Positions 32,631 through 37,615 of a stretch of 37,615 bases of DNA are shown here, in pieces. Under the pieces are notes generated by a model that was not told where the DNA came from, searched no databases, and worked only from the letters and a program-made list of their open reading frames with translations. Within the stretch, counting starts at the first letter, position 1. Each line of letters opens with the position of its first letter. The stretch is from Sminthopsis crassicaudata (taxonomy: Eukaryota). The position numbers and the translations under genes were made by a program. The DNA lies in contig NC_133617.1 in NCBI RefSeq assembly GCF_048593235.1, positions 754,536,282-754,573,896 on the forward strand, read 5' to 3'.

Positions 32631-33599
32631 CAGAACCGGAGGAGCAGCTTGAGCTCAGGCCAGCGCTTCCCTAGGTTCGGGGGAAGCATTTGTTCAAGCG
32701 TCTCTGCTCATATCCAAGATGTGGAAATGGGCGGTCCACAGTGGAATGAACTGAGCCAAAGTGGCGTCCTTGGTGATGGAAACATGGGCCCTGCCGTGAC
32801 TGCCCGGCAGCTGGGCATGTTGGAGCTCCCCTGGGCAGTGGAGGAGCACAGCTGCCAGTCAGCAGAAGGACTTGGGCCCAGAGCGGGTCACTGTCCCTTT
32901 GCGATTGAACACTGGCCGAAGTTAGAGCACCCACGATCTCCAGAAACCCTGCGGCCAGCCTGGAGCAACAGCCGTAGACTTGGGGCTGTCTGGACATCCC
33001 GCTCCCCGGCTTCTCGTGTCCGCAGACGTCTCCCTTGGGCCCAGCTTCAAAGCCTGAATCCCTCAGCTTTTGCCCACTGCCCCCCAGCAGCTGAGAGCTC
33101 AGGCTCTTCTCAGACAACAAACCCTGGTGAACCGCAGTCAGAATCCCCGGCCTCCAGAAACTCCCGTCCTGCCGTCCGCTCTAATACAAGAACTGGAGCA
33201 GCAGGGGCAGCGGGGTGGACAGCTCTTGTACAAGGCTGCCATGCTGAGGGGAGCAGCCGGGGTCAAGGGGCGGCCGGGAGGAGGCTCGTCCAGGACATTG
33301 ACCAGGGCAGTCACGAGAGGCAGGCAGCAGGAGTGGCCAAGGTGGTCTCAGGTGGAGGAGGGGCAGGGGAGGAAAAGAGAGATTGGGTCTTTTTGGGGTG
33401 CATGAGGAGCCCCGGGAGGTGAGGAGGCAGAATGTGGGAAGGGGGACGGGAATGAGCTGGGAAGGACTCCCTGAGCCAGATGGCAGAGGAGACAATGAAG
33501 GAATTCATCCCATGTGGCCTTGGTTCCAAGGTTACCCTGAAGGAGGAAAGCTCAAGGCAGACAAGCCGAGAAAGGGGCTCCTGAAGCAGCCACTAGGTC

Positions 33600-33925
33600 A
33601 GGGGAGTGGAGGACCAGAAGGGGGACTAAAAGGGAGTCATGTGGGGGATGAGGAGGGAGCCATGTGGAGGATGAGAGGGAACAGGAGGGATCCATGTGGG
33701 GAAGCAGGAGGGAACTACATAGGGGACCAGAAGGAAGGCGCCATGTTGGGGATGAGCAGGGAAACCAGGAGGGAACCCTGTGGAGGGCCAGGAGGAGGCC
33801 ATGAGGAGGACCAGGAGGGAACCAGGGGAAGCAGGGTGGGTGAGAGGATATGAGGAAAGAATGAGGAGGACCAGGAGGGAACCAGGGGAAGCAGGGTGGG
33901 TGAGAGGATGTGAGGAAAGAATGCA
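33600..33925. repeat. Purine-rich degenerate tandem repeat ending in two near-identical 60-bp copies
   Basis: 33801-33860 and 33861-33920 differ at about one base; looser GGAGGGA.CCATGTGGGG motifs upstream. Confidence 0.85.
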
Positions 33926-34883
33926 GAACACTGGCAAACATGGGGACGGGGCAGCAGGGATTGAGGATGACTGAGGCGCCCCGGGCAAGGGCCTCCAGCC
34001 TCCCCTGTAGAAACAGGGAGGTGTAGTTGGTGGGGGCTCCTGAGGATGCTGGAGCCAGGTAGGGGAAGAAGGAGCCAAGGTGGCCGTCTGGAGAGCAGTC
34101 TCACCTGGCTTTTTTTAGGGAAAGGGAAGCCTCAGAAATGTAGCTGACCTTCCTATGTGGTATGGAGGCCTCTGGGGCTGGGGGTGGGGGGACGATGCCA
34201 CGTGCAGCTACCCCGGGCCCTTCTACTGTCTTTGTTTCTTATCAAGCACATTAACTATGGTGGTGATGTAAATACTCATCGGAAGCTCCTGCTCGTGTCC
34301 CCGCTGCCACCCCGCACCTGCCGCTGCCGCCTTTTGTCTGGGGGCCCATGTTTGGGCCATCGTGCAACCTGAGGACTTCTGGGTTTGGCCTCAGAGACTC
34401 AGTTCTGATCCATGTGACCTTGAGCCTTTAGGTCTAGTTCTAGAGGTTCTCCTGTATTCCTCCCCATTCTCATTCTGCTTTCCTGACTCACTTGTCAAAC
34501 TCCCAGAGAGCCAAAGGCTCCGGGTGCCATTTCTGCTCCCCCTTTGTGATTCTCCATTCACAGACCTTGTTGGCCAAGTGCAATTCTGCCTTCTTTTAAC
34601 ATGAGTGATAAAGTGGGGGGCCATCATAACTAACTAGTCAGGGGGGGCCTTGTAACTACCAGTGGGGCGGTGGAATCGGACTCTGGGTGTGGCAGAAATT
34701 GGAGCGGTCTGCTTTGTGACATGTGACCTCTTTTCCTATTTGGGGGCATTTTCTCCTCAGGCGTTAAACATTGAGGAGAAGGCAGTAAGATCCAGGTTGC
34801 TATGGGGGGGGCACAGGGGGCTCTTTCAGGCTTTAAAAATTTCGGACCATTTGCATTCTGCAGACATGCAATGCTGGCTTTGG

Positions 34884-34889
34884 TTTATT
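34884..34889 (-). terminator. Candidate proximal OMD polyadenylation signal AATAAA
   Basis: ~86 nt past the OMD stop. Usage not shown. Confidence 0.35.
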
Positions 34890-34974
34890 TGTTAGCATCA
34901 TTGGCATCTGGCATGGCTGTTAAACCTGTGGAAAGGGGAAACGTAAAGCTCCGGGTTTCTTGTAGTTATTGAAT

Positions 34975-35288
34975 TTAGTAGAAGTAAGGATCCAAGTTCT
35001 CCTGGGTTCTTCCCCGCTCCTGCCCTTCAGGCTCATTCCCTTCTCCATCTCCTTCTTCTTCTTCTTCTTCTTCTTCCTGAAACCTGCGGAACACTTGGGT
35101 CCTCAGCAGTATCATTTGCCCATTGGGCTTTCTTTGTTCACCGTAATAAATGCTGTGGATGTAAGGGAAGCAGAAGAACACGTAGGAACTAATGGGTTCT
35201 TTTAGCCTGTTTTGGTCCAGACGAATGTAGGTTAAGTGATGGTAATGCATCGGGTCAATTCGGGGGCACATCCGGGTGACATTTATGT
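34975..35288 (-). CDS. OMD: OMD last coding exon (314 nt including TAA)
   Basis: (Y)[20 protein letters not shown]...[12 protein letters not shown]...LDPYFY*. Confidence 0.96.
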
Positions 35289-36649
35289 CTGTAAAGTAAA
35301 AACAGAGAGTTAGCATCCCCAAGGCCCCGATTGTCACTGCAAACCCATCTAAGGACATATCTGGGGTTACACTTAAATACCTCCCCCAGGGAGTGACGCT
35401 TCGACCATTAGCAGCGGCTATACCAGCTACAGCGAGCCCTTGGAGAAGTCATGGTTCAATTGTCTTTCAAGTGAATCAGAGAAAGGGAAGTTAAGCAGTG
35501 ACAGGATTTCGGCATGCCGAAGTCTATAGAGGAGAGTGCCATTTAGCAGAAAGGATCGTTGTTTTTACTTCTAGTCAGGAGCTGTTGTGGTTGCACATAA
35601 TTTCAGCCTCTTCCCGCCCAGGTCCTACCAGCAGCTGTACGTGAGGATCAGAGCTCATTCACTGTTGGAGCCCCCCCCCCCCCCAAGCCCCTGTGTAAAA
35701 AGTTTTACGTACATTCGATGTCGTTGTCTTGCATGTACAGATGTTGCAGGCTTCTCGGGATGTAGAACGCTTGCTTCAGTTTGTTGTGGCCCACGTTGAG
35801 CTCTATGAGGCTGGAAATGTTAAAAACGTCATAGGGAATTTCCCGCAGGCTGTTGGACGACACTCTTAAAGCGAGAAGCTTGGGGAACTTTTGGAAGTAA
35901 TTGTCCGGGATGAGAGAAATGGAATTATTTTCTAGAGAGAGATGCATGAGCGAGGAAGGTAAGTCCTGAGGCATCGACTCCAATCTGTTGCTACCTAAAT
36001 TGAGTTGCACCAGTTTGCTCGTGTGGGCAAAGTTTTCTCTTAAGGAAGAGTCTTGAAGCCGATTGTGGCAGAGGTCCAGCATAGTTAGATTCATTAATCC
36101 TGCCATGGCATTCGCCTCCACTCTGGAGATCTCATTGTAACCAAGAAGAAGTTTTTCTAAAGAATTCGGAAGAGGAGATGGGAAGTCTTCTATGTCGTTA
36201 TGATCCAGATGCAGCTGTAAGAGATTGGAAAGCTTTTCAAACACGCCGTGTTCGATCTGGTGAGACTTGATCTTGTTGTGGCCAAGGTTGATTTCCTTCA
36301 GGTTGGAAGCATTGGCAAACGGATGGGCCGTCACGGCTTCTATTTCATTGAACTGGAGATAGAGCTGTTCGATGTGCTTCGGGATCTTTGGGATCGTTTT
36401 GAGCTTGCGGTTGTCACAGTACATGGCGGATGGAAAGGTCAGGGGACAGAAGCATTCCACGGCACAGCCGAGGGGATTTCGGTGAGGGGAAATGTCGTAA
36501 TCTCGGTCGGAATGAAAATAGAACGCGGGTGAATATTCGTCATCGGCCTCTTCGTCATAGTCTTCATCCATCTGGTACATGGCATATTGACAATACACGG
36601 TGACTTTGAAAAAGCAGAAAGCGATCCAGAGTCGACCGAGAAGACTCAT
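34975..36649 (-). CDS. OMD: Osteomodulin/osteoadherin (class II SLRP), complete CDS, 416 aa: complement(join(34975..35288,35713..36649))
   Basis: Signal peptide; Tyr/acidic N-terminus; [17 protein letters not shown] (CX3CXCX9C); LRRs; [28 protein letters not shown]; acidic tail; phase-1 intron 35289..35712 (T|GTACGT...acag|AC). Confidence 0.97.
35713..36649 (-). CDS. OMD: OMD first coding exon (937 nt CDS)
   Basis: ORF 35705..36649 up to DNDIE; acceptor ccattag| at 36661, 11 nt before the ATG, implies an upstream non-coding exon. Confidence 0.96.
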
Positions 36650-37615
36650 GTTCTTGTGCCCTAATGGAGGGGAGAAATAAGAGGGGAAAAGCTCTGGGCG
36701 ACATTCATTAAACTCATGTTGAGAAACCTGACAGCATATTTGTTGTCACAAGTAAAGGAAGTAATGGGAGAAAGAACGAGTGACGATGCAGGAGTTCACG
36801 CCAGAGCCCCGACGGGCAACAGAGCATGTCTGTCATGCCCGGCAGGACTGGTCTACCCAGACGCCACAGACTGGCTTGGAAGACCCACTTTGGTATCGTC
36901 ACTTAGATTCGTTCTGTTTAATACAGCCCAGTTACACCTTCACCTGGTTCCCCCAGAGCTCGGGATTGTCATGGGCTGTTTAACACCTCAGCCCAGGCCT
37001 CCCACCTAGCTTTCTCTCTGCCTCAGTCTCCCCAGTCGCTGCAGGATTCTTCCGCCTTCAAATCCTAATTCATTGCATTTTTGTTCCCCCCTCCCCCCAA
37101 TCCATCTCCACGCTCTGGCATAGTGTAGCTCAGGTAGAAATTGTCCTTCCTGCATGTAGAACACCTGCTCCAAACTTCCCCTCACTTCCCGCCTGCTCCC
37201 TAGACTTTTGGGGTTTAAGTATTGATGTTAAGTGATTTTAGTCATTTATTTGAGCTTTTGCTAAGGCCGTTTCTCCCAGAAGTACCCCTTCTCCCCCTTT
37301 TCTACCCTGACCTGTCTAGGGCTCTGTCCAGTGTTTACCACAGAGCTTTTGGGGACTATTTCCCCAAAATTACTGTCGAGAGCTCAATGCAGACATAAGT
37401 TTGAAAGGAGTTTAAAAACAAGGTTTCCCTTTAATGAGTTTTTCTCCTCCCCCCCTTAATGATTCAGATAGGAGTCACAAATTCAGTCCAAAGCACTGAG
37501 GTCAGTCATCCCTCCTTGGATTCTCAGTGTCTGCATCCAACGGGTATTAATTAATGCTTTGGGGACCGAATTTATTTGGAGAAAGGGTTCCTTTGTTCTT
37601 GGGTTAAGCAAAATG

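Noticed and set aside
1-37615. tRNA, rRNA, snoRNA or miRNA genes
   Set aside because: None recognisable by eye; a cmscan against Rfam would be needed to exclude small intronic RNAs.

Overview
Vertebrate genomic DNA, probably marsupial (inferred from a marsupial-type RTE-related SINE and from the MIR, L2 and CR1 fragments). It holds the conserved NOL8-CENPP-[OGN, OMD] locus. All gene identities come from recognising translated exons against remembered human proteins and from hand-checked splice phases; no database search was run. NOL8 (minus strand) has 9 coding exons here and runs off the left edge. CENPP (plus strand) starts head-to-head about 0.8 kb away, has exons 1-5 here, and its intron 5 runs off the right edge. 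Two small leucine-rich proteoglycan genes lie antisense inside that intron with complete CDSs: OGN (6 coding exons, 286 aa) and OMD (2 coding exons, 416 aa). I found no wholly new gene system. The best leads are: (1) an obligatory ~57-aa Glu/Arg/Gln single-alpha-helix-like N-terminal extension on CENP-P, built from triplet repeats; (2) a 69-nt NOL8 exon flanked by a GC-AG intron and a U12 AT-AC intron, with a frameshifting GT donor 4 nt from the GC donor (possible NMD switch); (3) a ~1.9 kb G-rich minisatellite with higher-order structure filling NOL8 intron 1; (4) an open, possibly L1-ORF1-like frame in CENPP intron 3. Most of the other ORFs in the track are artefacts of GC-richness or repeats.
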